In this document: positions 12,501 through 27,500 of the stretch, piece by piece | How positions within the stretch are numbered: position 1 is the stretch's first letter | Layout of the letters: each line of letters starts with the position of its first letter | DNA from: Catajapyx aquilonaris | Taxonomy: Eukaryota | Assembly (NCBI GenBank): GCA_000934665.2 | Contig: JYFJ02000499.1 | Coordinates: 62,001-126,000, forward strand | Length of the DNA: 64,000 bases | Direction of reading: 5' to 3' | The notes under the pieces: model-generated | The model's database searches: none | What the model saw: only the letters and a program-made list of their open reading frames with translations | Told to the model about the DNA's origin: nothing | Translations under genes and position numbers: made by a program

Positions 12501-15500
12501 ACCCACCACTCGAGGATTCTTTTCCTTGTCGAGAATTTTTCGCTCCGTGGCTTTTCTCGAGCAGTTGTCGATGGAACTAAGGGAAGTGGTATTCAGTTTC
12601 AGAGTATATGAACTTAGTAGTTCGTTTCCGAAGAAAGAGGGATTTGCCTCGGGATGCGATGAAGTTGTTTCAACTGCATTCGGTTTCCTTTCCACAGCCC
12701 AAACTACATTTGGAGTGGGGAGGGCTTGCGAATCAATTGAGGTGCTCTTGGCTTTCTTGAAAGCCTTGTTGTGCATTTGAAACGGGGCGTTTACTGCTCC
12801 GGGTATAAAAGGGGGGGTCTTGGGTCGCATTCCCAGGGTTGCAGCGGGGTACTAAACTGATGCCGAATTAGTTCAGCAGGGACCTTGATCGACTTTGAAG
12901 CATCATTCCCTTGACATCCGAATCGGGTTGCATAGGTTCGAATTACCAGTAGCAAGCAAGTCAAGAGTGTTGTACGGTTAGTAGCATCAGAGTCCTTCAG
13001 AGCAGGGTACTAAAACACTGATATTAGAGTAATTCCATCTGGTAATATGAGAATCCTTCCCCAGCTAGACGGCTACTGTTCTGACTCATGCGCCGTGTGT
13101 CTGACGTGACATAACTTATTTCTCCTCCATTCTCTGGCTGCCTTTTCCTTCCCCATCTTATTCCAGGGGTGATATGTTGACCCTAAACGGCTCTCTGGGG
13201 GCTCGTTTGTAATTAATTTTTCTTCCGCGTGACGAGGTACAGGGGCTTATTCCGCCAGGAAGTTTCCGGATTAATGACCGGGAGACAGAGTGAGCAATTT
13301 TCAGGCCGCCGACTTTCCTCTCCAAAGTTGTCGTCAGGGCCTCCGAAATGACGAGCCTCTCATGTGGCCAACCACCCAACTCACCTCACCACCCAGTTTC
13401 CTTCAGCCTTTACTATATATATACCGGTAGGAAAAAAGGTCCTTCCCTTTTTTTTCTCAGTTAAGTCTGGTCCGAAACGAGGTAAAGCCCCAAACTACCG
13501 ACTTGAAATCGATTCTCTCTGGTTTGATTCCTCCCGCTGCAACCGTCTTCCTCCAGTCTAGTTAGGGATTCTGGAAGCGTCCTGTGTATATCTCGGTGGG
13601 AAAGAAAGAGGAAAAAAAGGTGGGGGGAGAAAATCACGCCCTTCGAGACTCGAAGGAACAAGAAGAGACGGAAGTGTGGGACGAAGGAATAAAAAGTGGT
13701 GAAAAAAAGAAAGGCACCTGTCACCCCAACTTTGGACTGTGGGTGTTGCCAGGTGTGGCAAAGATGGGTGACGGCATGCGTGACATGGAGGTCCTTATTT
13801 AGGGGGGAAAAGTTCACCTTTTCTGACCAAAAACCTATAGTTGCAATAATGTGTCAACCCACAAAAATGTACACAGGAGTACCCAAAGAATCGTACTTCA
13901 TTCAGGAAAAATTGCGTACTTCTGCTATAAGTGACCACTGAATTAATTTCACAGGTGTGACATTCTAGGCACCGTTTCTCTAAACTACTGTGGGTTGACT
14001 CATTATTGCATAACAATGCCCAGTTTGAAATAATAGAGGGGGAGGGGGGAATTCATTGTTTCCCCCAGCGGTCACCAGGACCGCAAAATGCAATTAAAAT
14101 AAATCTGTGCCACATTGTTATTGTTTTCTCGAGGTTGATGAAGTAAACAGCCCATAACCTCTGACCTCCTGAGCTGCGGACTGCCTCGGATATATATGCT
14201 CGCCACTGTATGGGGAAAGTTCCTTTGTTCCTGCTGGGGCTGTGCTCTTCAACCTAGTCTAATCCGAGGAAATGTCTTTTTAGTCTGCTTAGTGATAGCA
14301 GAGAAGAATGCCCTCCTCCTCCCCTCCTCCCCATCAGTCCTGACTATAAATTCCTGGATTAAGCTCCCAGATTACTTTCTTCCACCCCGTTCCTTCCTTC
14401 GAGGAAAACCACTTGTCTGCGGGTCAGAGAAGCAGTTGAAATCCGCAGTCCTCTCTCCGTCTCTCTCTCTTTCTCTTTTGGCTCCGGCAGCACGAGCAGA
14501 TTAGAACGAGAGAGAGAGAAAGAAGAAGAAAAAAAACCGCGTTCCGAAATAAGGAGGCACCAACTGGATCGATCTTGTCTCGTTTTCTATACACATTCTG
14601 TGCAATCTCGCAGGAAAATCGGCGAGAACTCCCCCCGAATTTTCGGCCATTTTGTACCCGTGCAAGTTCCAACCTGCAATGGCTGAATCCGGGACTGCTT
14701 AACGACAACGGGTTGAACGTTATTCGAATGTTAACGAAAGGAATCCTTGCAGGGTCGGTGTAGTATGACTGTGTGTGCTGTGTCGGACATTCTTCTAAAA
14801 AAACAATACCTCCCAAGTTCGATTTTGCACCATTTTTGTTCTCTCAATTGGCACTATTTCTGTCACCTCACGACACCAATTCAAACCCGCAGAATCTGAT
14901 TGGACCCGCCATCTTGTTACTGGAGCAACCTTTTGCAAATGGCGTTACTGGCAATGGGGGAGCCTGATAGGACGTGAGGTCTCATCTCCTTTCATTAGAC
15001 AGCGAAGCCGGTTCTTTGTCAAGGAGGACAAATTCTCTGGCCGTGCTTGGAGCTGGCACTTAGAGCAATAGACTGTAAAAGGGGAGGCTGGAACCTGACA
15101 AGAGAAGAGAGTGAAGCGCGTGCCTCCGAAAAGGTCCAAAGATGGCCGCCTCCTTAGTTGCTGTTGATCATAATCTGCTCACGACTTAGCTCGGAGGAGC
15201 AAGTAAGCCAAAAGGAGTTTGACTGCGACTACACGGTTTGGCTTTTAGTGTCTGGTGGTGGGGAAAGCTAACATCAACAGTAGCAAGTAAATGGGGGGGA
15301 GGAGGAAACAGCAAACTCTGGGGTTTGCAAGGCCGCAAGATGTTGGTACTCCTGCGGGCCGAAAACTCTAATGCGATCTAATATGAATTGCTTCGGGGGC
15401 GCCGCCGAAGACGACTCCTCAAGATTGCCGAATAAATCATTCATTTCCTCGACAGTGGAAATTATGCATGGATGAGGAAACCCGCTGGAGAAGAAGAACG

Positions 15501-18500
15501 AACGGGGAAAAAATGGCGCGCGCATTTTGGATGGAGCTGGCTTGAAACATGCTCCAATTTTCGCAGCAAAAAAAGAGGGTCCTTTCGTGGAGCCTTACCT
15601 GAAATAATCGACTTCAAAGAGCCTCCAAGGACTCGTAAAAAGGTGACCGACGAAGACAAGTACTTGCTTTAAACTTAACGAATAGTTCTGCCATCCCTCA
15701 CCGCCATTTTTTAAACTCTTATTGAGGATATGAAAGGGCTTGCCTGAAGGGGGACGAGCTTCAAAAGGACGTAAACCGTCTTATATCGACTGCTGTTTTA
15801 ATCCTGCAGCTCTGCCTTTTAGCTCCGGAAATGCTACGTCCTTTTGGTGTGTACGAAACTTTTACCCAAGTTATATTCATCCTTAGAGACTTGACTCCTG
15901 AAAATAGTGGAACAGGGCACGTATCAGCCCCTTTCTGTGGCATATTTGTGCGTTTTGGAACCTAATCCACTCTAGTATCTAGTTTAACGACCGGCAAGTA
16001 GAATCCCCCATAGCTGCAGGTGTTTTGAATCCCAAATTCCTAGGAAGTGAATCCCCCATACAGCTGATGAAGAGCAGGGTTCTTGCCCCCTGGCTGAATT
16101 GAAATCGTCTCAAGGCCAATTGGTCCTCGGATCATTGGCCCAGACTCTTCTTATCTATTAGTCCCAGTCCTTTCTCTCTGGACAGCGCAGGATTGGGGGG
16201 GCGAAGGCGCTTTTTTGATGGCGAGGGTGCTGTGTGTGGGAATAGTTTTTTTTTTTGTGGTCTTGGAACTTTGCAGAATAGAAGGCGCCCGTTGGGCCCC
16301 AAAGTGGCGCAAGGGAAATCTGGGCTAAACTTTTGAGAAGAGCTGTCAGAGCTTGATTGGCGAAGGTCCAGGACGCGCGGATAAGAGTTCAAGGCGGCGC
16401 CCGACGTTGAGTGCGCCGCATTCAGACATACATTTTTTTTGGTGTGTGTGTACTGTACGACACATTGCCTATACACGGAACTATGCAATACCAAATTTGC
16501 GAAATGAAAATCCGAACATCAGACGCCACACTTTATAGGTAATTCGATTGGCGTAGACAAATATTTCTCCCCGCAATTAATACCGCATTATTTCCAGCCA
16601 ATGTCCCTTAATTTCCTGCCGCACAAAGGGGGGCAATTAGTGCTGCTGCTCCAGGCAAGTCACACGTCCGGGTTTTACAAATGGGAGATGCAGGAGCGGG
16701 GGGAAATAATTTTGGGCCAAAACACGGCCGCTCAGCCTATAGTTGTTGCACCTAATTTATTCACAGAGCGCCGAGACGCACCGGGCCTTACAAGACGCGG
16801 ATCTTTGCTCGCAAATTATGGAGTTATCACCACCTCCCTGTGATCTATTTCGCACTAGGATAGCTCTCATTTCACACCGCCTGAGTGCATGTCACATTCA
16901 GAGTCGCGGGGGCCTCGTAAATATAATTACTTTTTTTTTCACTGCCCGCATTTGTCCGCTTGGACACATTCGCTGGGAGGCAAAAAAAAGGCAACAATAA
17001 AAGAGTGCAGTTTATGTGTACACAGGATGTACAGGGTGCCACCCTTGCCCGTGTTCACATTGCCAACTTTGCCTTCGACCAGTTTTGCCATTAACGGGAG
17101 GTTTATGGGAGGTAGGGTTTTGCAGACTGAAATCGCCTAATGTACCAATTGTGGTATTCAAGCCCTGGAGTCGTGGAGGTGGAGGCCGTGGCGTGACCCG
17201 GGGCCATAAATTGGGGGAAAGAGAGAGAAGGAGAGAAGGGCCTAATGGGTAAAAGATGACCCCACGTTCTCCCTCCGCCACCCTTTACACATTAGAGCTT
17301 CTTCCTGCCCCCGGAAGATATACGCAAATTGGCTGCCGGGGGGTAAACATGTTGCAAGTTGAAGGTCGTGTGATGTAATGAAAATGTTCGGTCTCACTTT
17401 CCTATACCAAAACATTTGCTGCGAAAACACACAAGTGGCGACACTTTGGGGAGCCCCGATTGCTGGAGGTCAGTGGTCACCCGAGATTGCACACTCTTTG
17501 TTTTACATAAGGGGAGGGATGCCCTTGGAATGTATTTGTCTGCAGCAGCATCCCCACCATACCCTGCGTGTAAATGGATCAATACGCTTTCTAGTTTTGC
17601 AGACATGGGGCCCTTCTACGATTCGCGAGATCTTAGCACAAAAGTCGCCCGAAAAGAGATTGATGGTTATGACATTCCATCCGCCATGGCTCCCTGGAGA
17701 GTCTTGGAGACCGTTTGATCATCTGGGCCTCTCTGAAAACGCTTCTTGATTGGGCAATCACACGAGTCGGGCTTGATTGAACGGCAATCTGATCGGTGGG
17801 GAGGTTAACACAAGGGGGGGATTTATACCATTAAAGTTTCAATTTGCCTTCCGATTAATTGGGATCGATAAATTGACACTTGCATAGTGTGTCTGCTTAA
17901 AAACTTGTGATCATTACATTGCTACGATAGGTGGTGGTATAAAATCGCCATTTTGTCCACCCCTTGCAGTTGACAATTCTAGAGTGGACAAAAAAAAAGT
18001 GTGGCACAGTCCGGCTGTAAAACGTCGGTCGCAACTACCCGAGTCGGACCACACGCGACATCTGCACTGTACAGCATCCTGCTGTGAAATGCAACGCATC
18101 AAAACTACAACGCGGTTCTTGACGGAAGTGTCCAACACGGTACCATTTGTGCACTAGAAACATGTTGGCCTACAGGTGGCACTAATGTGAAGCCAGTGAT
18201 TATACTGGGAAACGATTGGTTTGCCTTTTTCATTCCACTGAGAAAATGCTCCGGAACAACATGCAATGCGCGATAGTGCATGGAATGTGCAGGTGGCGAC
18301 TTTTTGTGTGTGTATGTGTCGCCTCTCTCGTGATGATGGAGTGGGGGGGGGGGCATGCCTTGTGGGGGGTTGATGCTGCATATATACCCCCTGGCTGCTA
18401 CTAGACCCAACCCCGTCAATTGTCAGCCATCAGCCCGGCTCGACCAACCTAATCGGAAACAACGGCCGGACATTCTCGTCTAACAGCAGAGTCCCGCTTG

Positions 18501-21500
18501 TTTTGACGGCGGGAGATCCTGTCTGCCGACACGCATTGACCACTTTGCATCCGACCTAACACCTGTCACCCCCACGGACACTGCTGCGCTGATAAAATGC
18601 TGACAAAAAAGCTGGAGAGATAGAGAGTGGGGTGGGGGGCTTGATTAAATGTTATTGGACAAGGCAGCAGCGGCTGCTGATCAAACGGTCCGAATGGCAA
18701 GTTGGACGAAAAGGTCCTCCTAATGGACAGCCTCGGATTACAAAGGCGGTTTTTTATCAAGTTACGCGCCAATTCTGGAATAATTACTAATTACTCTCCC
18801 TTTTTGATGCGGTTTTATGAGCGAATGGTGAACTGTGGTAACAATATTGTTTCGGACATCTTTTCAGAAGATAGACACGTGAATTCAAACAGTGGACTGG
18901 AAAAAAAAATGGATGCGCCACCCTAGATATTAATCTAGTTCCACACCTTTCCTGGGACTGATTAGCACATTGTTGCCTCCTGAGGTTAGAGCAGCATTTC
19001 CTTTCCATGCCTAATGAAGTGAGGAACATTTAGACACGACGGAAGCTCGGGATTATGAAAGTTTTCCAGGAGAATCCGGATGTTGATGCTGTTACATCCT
19101 CTCTCTGAAAAAAAAAACTCCCAAATTTTTTTTTCTTCATCCGGTGAGAGACGAATTGTATGTAAGCTTGGAATCGAAGGGAAGTGAGTACGTGTTTTCA
19201 AGTTTTAATTTGTGAAAGAGGTAGGTTCCGATCGGGACGCGTGGCTTGTAATTGGTAGAAAAGGGGGTAGGGGATGGGGGGAATGAGATTTGCAGCCTGG
19301 CATCCAACTTGGGAATTACGGCAGACGCCGTGATTCGGTTACTTTAGAGGAGGAAGCCCCCAGTCCAAAAAAGGCCTGCAAATACTCCTAGTTTGGATGT
19401 GTTGTCGAGAGAAAAAGCCGGCAACTATATATAGAGGCAGACACAAAAAAAACACAACGTAATGCACTTACAAGTTAGTGTTTCCTGCGAGGGATCAGGC
19501 TTCGCTTTTTTTTTGGGGGGGGGGGCATACACTCTCAGGTGTCTAAGTAGGCAAGTGCGATAACCACATAAATGTTTAAAATGGCTCGAATAATTTTCTG
19601 ATAAGCTTACCAACACTGGAATTTAGTTATGATTATTTTAGTGGAACTAAATTATGCAGTTTGGAGTAGTTAAAGCCACCAACGAATTTCTTCGATGTAA
19701 ATTGGTATGTTCATTACCCGTTTTACACAGCTTGCATTATTCTCTCTGCAAGATATTGTAAAACAAGACTTATTATACCTTGCACAAAGAGTACGCTCCT
19801 GCAAAAATGTGTTAAAATTTCTCTTGTCAGCATACAGTTTTTTCCGCCTTAATTAGATCGCTTGGGGACGTATTATCTCGCTCATAAACCACATGCACTT
19901 CCAACAGTTTTTCCCCAGACATCGTCTTGTCTGATAGTTTTTGGACGGTGCTCGCGGGTGGAAAAGCATGTTTATCTACAGACAAGCGCTAACGCTCTCC
20001 AGCAATTGCCTGCTTGCACTGCAGATTTTGAGTGGGATTTTGCCAGTTAACTCGGTTTCCGATAGCTGCTGCATATTCATCGAAGGAAACGTGAAATTGA
20101 GTCTCGAGTCCACGTGTCTCTCCCGAAGGGCTTTTCCAAGTTCAAGATAAGCAGGGGTGGGGGGTGGGAAGGGGGAAGCAGCCAGGAGACTAATTACATT
20201 AGAGCAACACGATCTAAGTCTTTGTCCCAGGCATCCATCCAGTTCTCCCTACATTGCACCTACCGCAATGAGCACCCAGCAGGCAAAGGGATGGGACAAT
20301 ACCGACCCGTTTATTACGCTGCGGGGCTTTACGAGCCAGCCTACGGAATTTCGGGCACAAAAGCACGGTTACGACTTGTGCAAATGTCAGCTCAGGACCA
20401 GAGGATTTCGGAGGAAGGAAGGCGGCCGATGCTGGCTGAATGCCGAGCCCCCCCCCCCCACCCCCAACCACACTATCTGTATAGCCAACTGAACCGGTTG
20501 GAAATTCGACGGAATATATTTTTTTTAAACTAATTTTGGAAAGTGGGTGTCGATCATGTTTATGTCGTCAGGAAATGGGAGCCGTTGCACACAATTTGCG
20601 CCTGAATATTTCAGGCACTACACGTTTCTGAATATTCTGCACCGATTTGCGCGTGAAATACAAGACTGTTGTTTTACCCCTAATTTTGCAAAGCGATCTT
20701 TACCACCATGCACTGTACACGCCCCACTTTCCGATGACAGCTCGACACTGTCGCATGTGATGGCATCTCTCCAAATTGGGGGTTTCTTGCCTTTCAAACC
20801 CAATTTTTTCTACAGTGACAAATGGACGAGTTGTTGTAGACTGTCGGTTAGAGGAAAAATTATTTCTTCTGTCTATCTCTCTTTCGCTAGTAGCAAATTG
20901 CGTCCAAGTCAGATGTGTTTTCGCTTCGCTCGAGTCAGGATTTTATGCGAATTTCCGCCGTATTTCTAGACCGGGTGTATAGTAGCCCCCTGGAGGAGGA
21001 GTCCAATCTTGTTTTGCGCGCTTCTGACATGAAAGTAGTTGAGCAGAAAGCACTGAAGGGACGATGTATGTGCGACGAAGAAGAAAGACGTAGAAAAAAA
21101 AATCCAAGCATCCATATTAGGAAATATAGGGCACCTCCCATGTTTATTCGAGTGACGACACTCGGAGGAGGACTCCATCTGTCCGGACCACCGTTTATTC
21201 CAGGACTTGAAATTGGAAGTAGTGTTTATCAAGGGTTGGGGGGAGGTTGGCTGGAAGACATGCAAAGCCAGGGGCTATTGAATATTTGAAAAGCCAGAGA
21301 GTTGGGCAGAGACGTTCATCCCCGTCTCCATCCCATCTTTTTTTTCTTCTCCTCCTTTCCTTCTTCTCTTCATGAATCCCAAGACGCTTCCAACCGTCTT
21401 AGTTACGACCTATTTTTGAAAGGCCCGGGTCTCATCCCTTATCTCGCATATCCCCGACCTTAGTTACAGAGTCTGTTTCGCCGTGGACCATACGAAAGAT

Positions 21501-24500
21501 GGATGGTAAAAAGGAGGAGACTTTTCCGTCTCAACGACTGCTACATTTCGCTGCGGGCTGGCCGTATCTTGCTGGAAAGAGAAAGGGGAAAAAAAGAATG
21601 CTCCGGATTCTGGTGCCTCGTGCTTGTATACTTATTTCAAGGCACGTTTTTGCGAGGCCTACATGCGTGAGATGCACGTCGTTGGCTTCACGACTCGGGG
21701 ACTAATATTAGACTGGGAACTTCCTCTACCTGTCAGGGCAGGGATCCAAGGCTCTGTGCATATAGCTAGGACACACGGGTGGGCGAGGCACATTTTTTGG
21801 CCCATGTAACGCAGGGGTGTCATCCTTACAGCTATTGTTATTTTGGTTCCTATTCACACGCGTGGAATTGCTCCAGACGTTAAGAGTATACGCAGTGATG
21901 TACAAGGTTATTGCGCCACTTGAAAAACCTTAACGGAAAGAACTTTCGTAACAGAATTTGGGCTGCATAATGCTGTTGGGTATTCAGAGGTAGAGTGAAA
22001 TTAATGTAACTATGTCATTGGATGTAATTGTTACTACACTCGGTAACATGACCTACATCTGCACTTTTAATAATGTGCTGCGGTTTCATTACACTTAGGT
22101 ACACGGTATATACCTTCGATCGAAGGTAACTCATGATTTGTGGCGAAAATTTAATCAACATTTAATAACCGAGGGCTATCGAAGGCATTCAGCAGTGAAA
22201 CCGGGCCTAAGGCAAAGTACACTTCATTTTAAATTAGTTATCAGGTTGAACCAGTGAAGTAGACCGTGGACCGCAGATTTAACCCTCTTATTAGTAGTTG
22301 TTGGCATCAATTAGCCGTACAGTTAACAAGAGGCAGTAGGGTTTCATTGGCAAACCTCCCTTAAGCGACTGTATCTTTGTGGCAGTGTCCGGTTTCCTGG
22401 TAGGAATAATTTTATGCGGAGCATGAGCGAATTGATGTAAACACTGCAAGTGGCTTTTATTAAAACCCCAATGAGTGTAGGCCGCATATATGACAATACC
22501 TTTCACCTGAAACAACGTGCTCATCAGTGTGGCAAAACGGGGCAAAACCCGAAATCGTTTTATCTGGTAGTCCAAGTTCAACCCACGAGCCGCTGCTATC
22601 ATGTAATATCCAATATCGCAATTTTTCCTGGGCTCCTTTCCTTCTCCGGGGGTCCGATAATTAATTTCTACATCATGTTTCTGTCAGGCTAAATGAAATT
22701 CTCCCACAGGAAAGCAAGCAGCTGTTGTATATCAGGAGCCGAATTTCCGATGTAATTGAAGCCTTCAAGAGATGCTATCGGTATTTTTTTATCCGTCCAA
22801 GCGAGCCGTAATCTCAAGCAGGAAAAAGCAATCCGGGGGTCGGATCGTAAAGAAAAATGATGAGTGGACCGGAATCGGATCGTAAATCCCATACTCCTGA
22901 GTTTGGCTCCGGATCAAGGGGAAAAGGGAAAAAGTGAACTAAGAGGGGCAGTCTCTTTTTTTTTGAATCCCCCTTTGCAAAGTGACCCCCCCCCCCTTCC
23001 CTCCGAATGAAATTTGTCTGCAGAATAGGTCCAATCGAACTGTTTCCCCTACTCTTCCCCTCGCAGTTTCCCCCAAAGTCAACAAGGGTTTAAACCAGCC
23101 CCGGCAGATTAGGGGTTAGCCTGCGCGAAAACACTCCACCAGGTACACTAAGTGGATCGCAAGTTTCCACATGTTCGCACTGTTGACATGCTCCTCGTCA
23201 ACCCCCATCGCACACCAGAGAGAGGTTGGCATTTACAGCATTCCCTGTACAGATACATTGTCCGTGTGGCGTGAGTTCTCGAGCAGGAAAAACAGGTACT
23301 TGGAGATTACATGCATTTTAACTGTAAGCTCGGAAGTAAACAAGAAGAGTTACTCTTCAGAGAGTCCGGATGTAGCTGTAGTAACTAAAATATGCAATTT
23401 TTCTTGGAGGGGAAAAGGGCTGTAGTGGTTACTGGGCCACGAGTTGGGTTGGTTACAGGTTTTAACCAAACATGTAAAACGCCATAATGGTAACTTCCCA
23501 CGCTGTATAAAACCTCTCCAAAATCTGCAAACCACCCACGATAAAGCCGAAGAAAATCCTGGAGAACACAAAAGCTCTGCACGTGAAGCATTTCTAAGAA
23601 GTGTGGGTTGGAAAGGGGGCGGGTTCGTTTAGCCCATCCCCCCCTCCCAACCATCCTAAAAAAAACTTCCTCTCCATCAGCCTCCAGTTTCCTCCTTGTA
23701 TTGATTGGGAAGCCTGTAAAAGAGTGGTGAATTGAAGTTCTGTAGGGAAGGACATAGGTTGAGAGACATCCCCCCCTTCCTTGCAGCCAGTCTCTTTTTC
23801 CCCCCCGTATTTCATCGACTGACAAAAGCAGATGTTCGATTGGCTGGGTGGTACATCCGAGAGGGGGCAATTATGGTCCAGTCAGGCGGACCCTGTACAA
23901 GCATTTGCAAAACCACGTTTTGCGACCTCGAGTGCTTCCTTCCTTCCTGCGAAAACCGAACCCTCTAGCGGCCGATTCCCAGCCAACAGAATTGGGTTTG
24001 CTGCGAAACGTGTCGCCAAAAGGCCATCCATCTCCCGAACGATTCCTTTTGTCCATGGCCACTAAGTCTTTTCCCCCAAGAGCTGATGGATGGCCCCATC
24101 TCTTCCTCTCTCTTTTTTATATCCTGCGAATACCATCCCTACGATCGAACTTGGGAAAGCCTTAGGTCTACCAAGACTCCTGGAGACATCCATCATCTCG
24201 CCCTTAATACCTCGCTAAACTCCGGGGTTGATTCCTGCCATTTTCGAGAGAAGGTCGCGAGGGGGTTAGCTTCTAAAGAAAGTTCATCCTGCGAGGTGGA
24301 CAACCTTTCGGCCTCGCTTGTAGGGCGGATGGCCCGCAATGCAGGCGCCCAATTTACGGGAACACATTTTTGTACACTGTTTTTTTTTATCTATAGTAAA
24401 CTTCTTTCTAATGTGCTGCTTTGTTTCTTACAGAAGCGAGGACGTGTTCAACAACGGAATTCAGGTGCGCCAACGGAAGGTGTATCCCGAGCCGATGGCA

Positions 24501-27500
24501 GTGCGACAATGAGAAGGACTGCGACGACGGAAGCGACGAGGACCCTCAGACATGCCGTAAGTGCTTTCATCTTTTACATACCCTCATGCTGTCGCCATTA
24601 AACAAAATAATAATACAACCAGTTTTGTTGCACAATCAGCAAATGTGCCGGATTTTTAACACACTGTCGGTGGTTCAGTTAAGTATAATTAAGAGGTGGT
24701 GACCAATTCAAAAATGACCGTAAGAAAATTTAGTCCATTATGTACTACAAAATGACTCCATTGTTCGTTCCAGACACATTTCACTGTACAGTTCTGGGGT
24801 TACATTTAATCAGAATAATCAGATGTAGCGGAGTGGTCAAACCCTCTTTACCTAACTGAACCACCTCAAAAAAAAAGTTTTTGTCCATCAGAAGTCTCGG
24901 ATGTGTGTCCCCAGCAACCACCTCTCAACTTAGGTTGACAATTCACGCCCTGTTTCAGCAAAGATTTTTTTTGGGAGTGTGGATGAGGTGGTTTGGAGTC
25001 GGAGGCAGCGCAGATGTGGTGGTGGAGGGGGGGGTTGCCATTGAGCGATGCCGTGGGAACCATTAGTTCCGCACTAGTTGCCACTTCACCCAAGGTCCTT
25101 TTGCTTGTCCGGCTCTGCGGACACTGCAGTCGGCACCCTCTGACAAAATGACGCTTTGGATATTTTTCTCTCTTCTCCTCCCCCTCCTCCTTTCTGCTTT
25201 GGCCCTTTCCATCCCCCCACCCCAAAAACCGACCCAAGGCTTTTCATTTTCTGCGAGAGAGCAGTGTGCCCCTAAGCTGGCTGGCAGGTTTGAGGTCGAA
25301 TGTGAATGGACGCGAGTGTGTCCCATGGGGGCGGTTGTGCATCGCAGCGGACCTAAACTCTCTTTTTCTCGGATTAAAACTGGAAGGACCCCCGAGGTTC
25401 TAGCATCTGCTGCGGACGGATATGATTCCGACTTTTATATCACAAACAAATGTAGGGCTAATGACATCGCCACTCTTTTTGCTGCCGGCAGGAAAGTCGC
25501 ACAAAGGAAAAAGCCTTGTTCCTTTTTAGGGCATCTCGATTGCGGTTGGGAATGGTCATGAAGGGGCGGTTTTCCTGGAGTTAGTCCAGTGTTGGAGATT
25601 AGTCCGCGGAGGATCCAGCAGAGTTTGGAGTGGTGAGGAGATGAAAAGGGGTAGGACACAAAAGTTTGTCTTTTCTTCCCAGGCGCAGGTTTTTAGCAAA
25701 ATTAACTGGCGTTGCAGCAATAAAAGGAAAGCCTGAGAGGTCGTCCAAAAAGTACCTGTGTCACAAAATACAACCACCAGCACTCTAGCAAGACAAATGT
25801 TAACAAGACAAAATCATCGTGATGTGCTTTATGGATGATCCTGTTATATTAGGGAATATGTTGGGCTAACATTACTGTAGGTTGATCCAACCCGAATATT
25901 CAAGCGGACTGATATTCGCATTTGCGCGACGCATCCAACCACAGTCCAGTTTTTCCAATGGAACTATGCAGTCGGAGCAGTGTCATAATGAGTTTTTCGG
26001 TGCGTTTGATCTACTCCCACGCGATTCAGTTGGTCAAATGAATTTAATTACGCAGTAAGAATCAAACGCTGTTGGAAATTAATTACGCAATGTTTTCAGC
26101 TACCAACTCGTGACATTCATTTTCTGGGCCGGTGTACTGAAGCTCTCTGCTGAATAAACCGCATTGGGTCGCCCCAACCGCTCTCCAGAAATTAAAATCA
26201 GCGATTGACTATTGTTTTCCACCAACCGATAGCAATATTTTAAAATCCTCTGCATGTAATTTTGATAACCTTTTTTTGTGTGTGTGTGTGTGAGAGCGCG
26301 CAAATGCCGCGGTGCATTAGGTAAAAATTTGGTTGGTCATTTGATGATTAATAGTTTGGAGAATGAGTGACAGCGAAACCAGCATCGAGTCCATACTGTT
26401 AATTGAATGAATGCTGATCGTCCATTGCAACAATTATTGTCACGTCTGTTTTAATGCGCACTTCTCACTGACAGATATACCGTGTAGGTAGACCCACAAC
26501 TACAGTACTTCAAATTTTTTATAGATGAAGCTCGGAATAGTCTCTGATTCCAAATTATTCCCCGTGTACTGTTATTGGCAAACTTGGCCAACTTTTCAGT
26601 GGGGGGTTTAAAAAAAGTTCTGGAGTTGATTCCCGGATTAATTAGGCATACACCCCCTCCCCCCCACTCATCCCACCCTCTCCCTCGAAGGAAAGCAGGA
26701 AGGGGGGGGGACTCATTTGCCTTTCATGCCGATAGGCCAACCCCAAGACCCTTCGCTGTCAGCATTTCATATGAAGCAGAGGCTTGTAATTTGCTGGCAT
26801 GGCGTTGCGGTGCATTTCCGCACCTTTCTGGCCCGTCGGAAGAGGGCAAGTTCCGCCGTCTAATTAGATCCCCCCCAACTCCATCCTCCCCTCCTGATTT
26901 TAACTCCCTCCTCCTCCTCCCTTTCTCACCTACCAAAGTTCTGCCAAGTTCCTGGGATTTTCCGGATGGTCTCACAGTGATTAATTCCCGCCCTGTGTTA
27001 TTTCGCAGCGTTTCAACAGTTTTGGCGACGCCCGGATTCTACTGCTGCTCCTGGTTGTGTTTTTTCTCCAAGGAAGAATACCGCAGCACTAACCATGCTT
27101 ATCTCAACAGGTACTCGAAACTGCACCTCGGAGGAGTTCACTTGCTCCCCTGGGCTATGTATTCCCCGAGGCTGGGTCTGCGATGACCGGCCTGATTGCC
27201 CCACTGGCGCAGACGAGACCAACTGCAGTAAGTTCGCAAGCCCTGCCGCTGCTGCACCGCTTTGATGGGCAGTGTGAGGCGATAACCCCGGGAGTTTGTG
27301 TGGCCTTGGGGAGTTGGCTTCATGCTTCAGGCGTGGGGAGAGCCACTCAGAGGGCATGGCCACCTGGGACCACTCAGGGAGCCAAAAACGTCTCCTGGGC
27401 CAATCAGAGAAATGTTTACCTACCTCAGGCCAATCAGGTGGCGTAATCGCATTCTGATCCAATCGTATAGCTGGCAGCCACGGGCCAATCAGATTGCGTG

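Noticed and set aside
3584..24433. Numerous 60-170 aa ORFs in LpR intron 1
   Set aside because: No recognisable domains or exon structure; consistent with chance ORFs.
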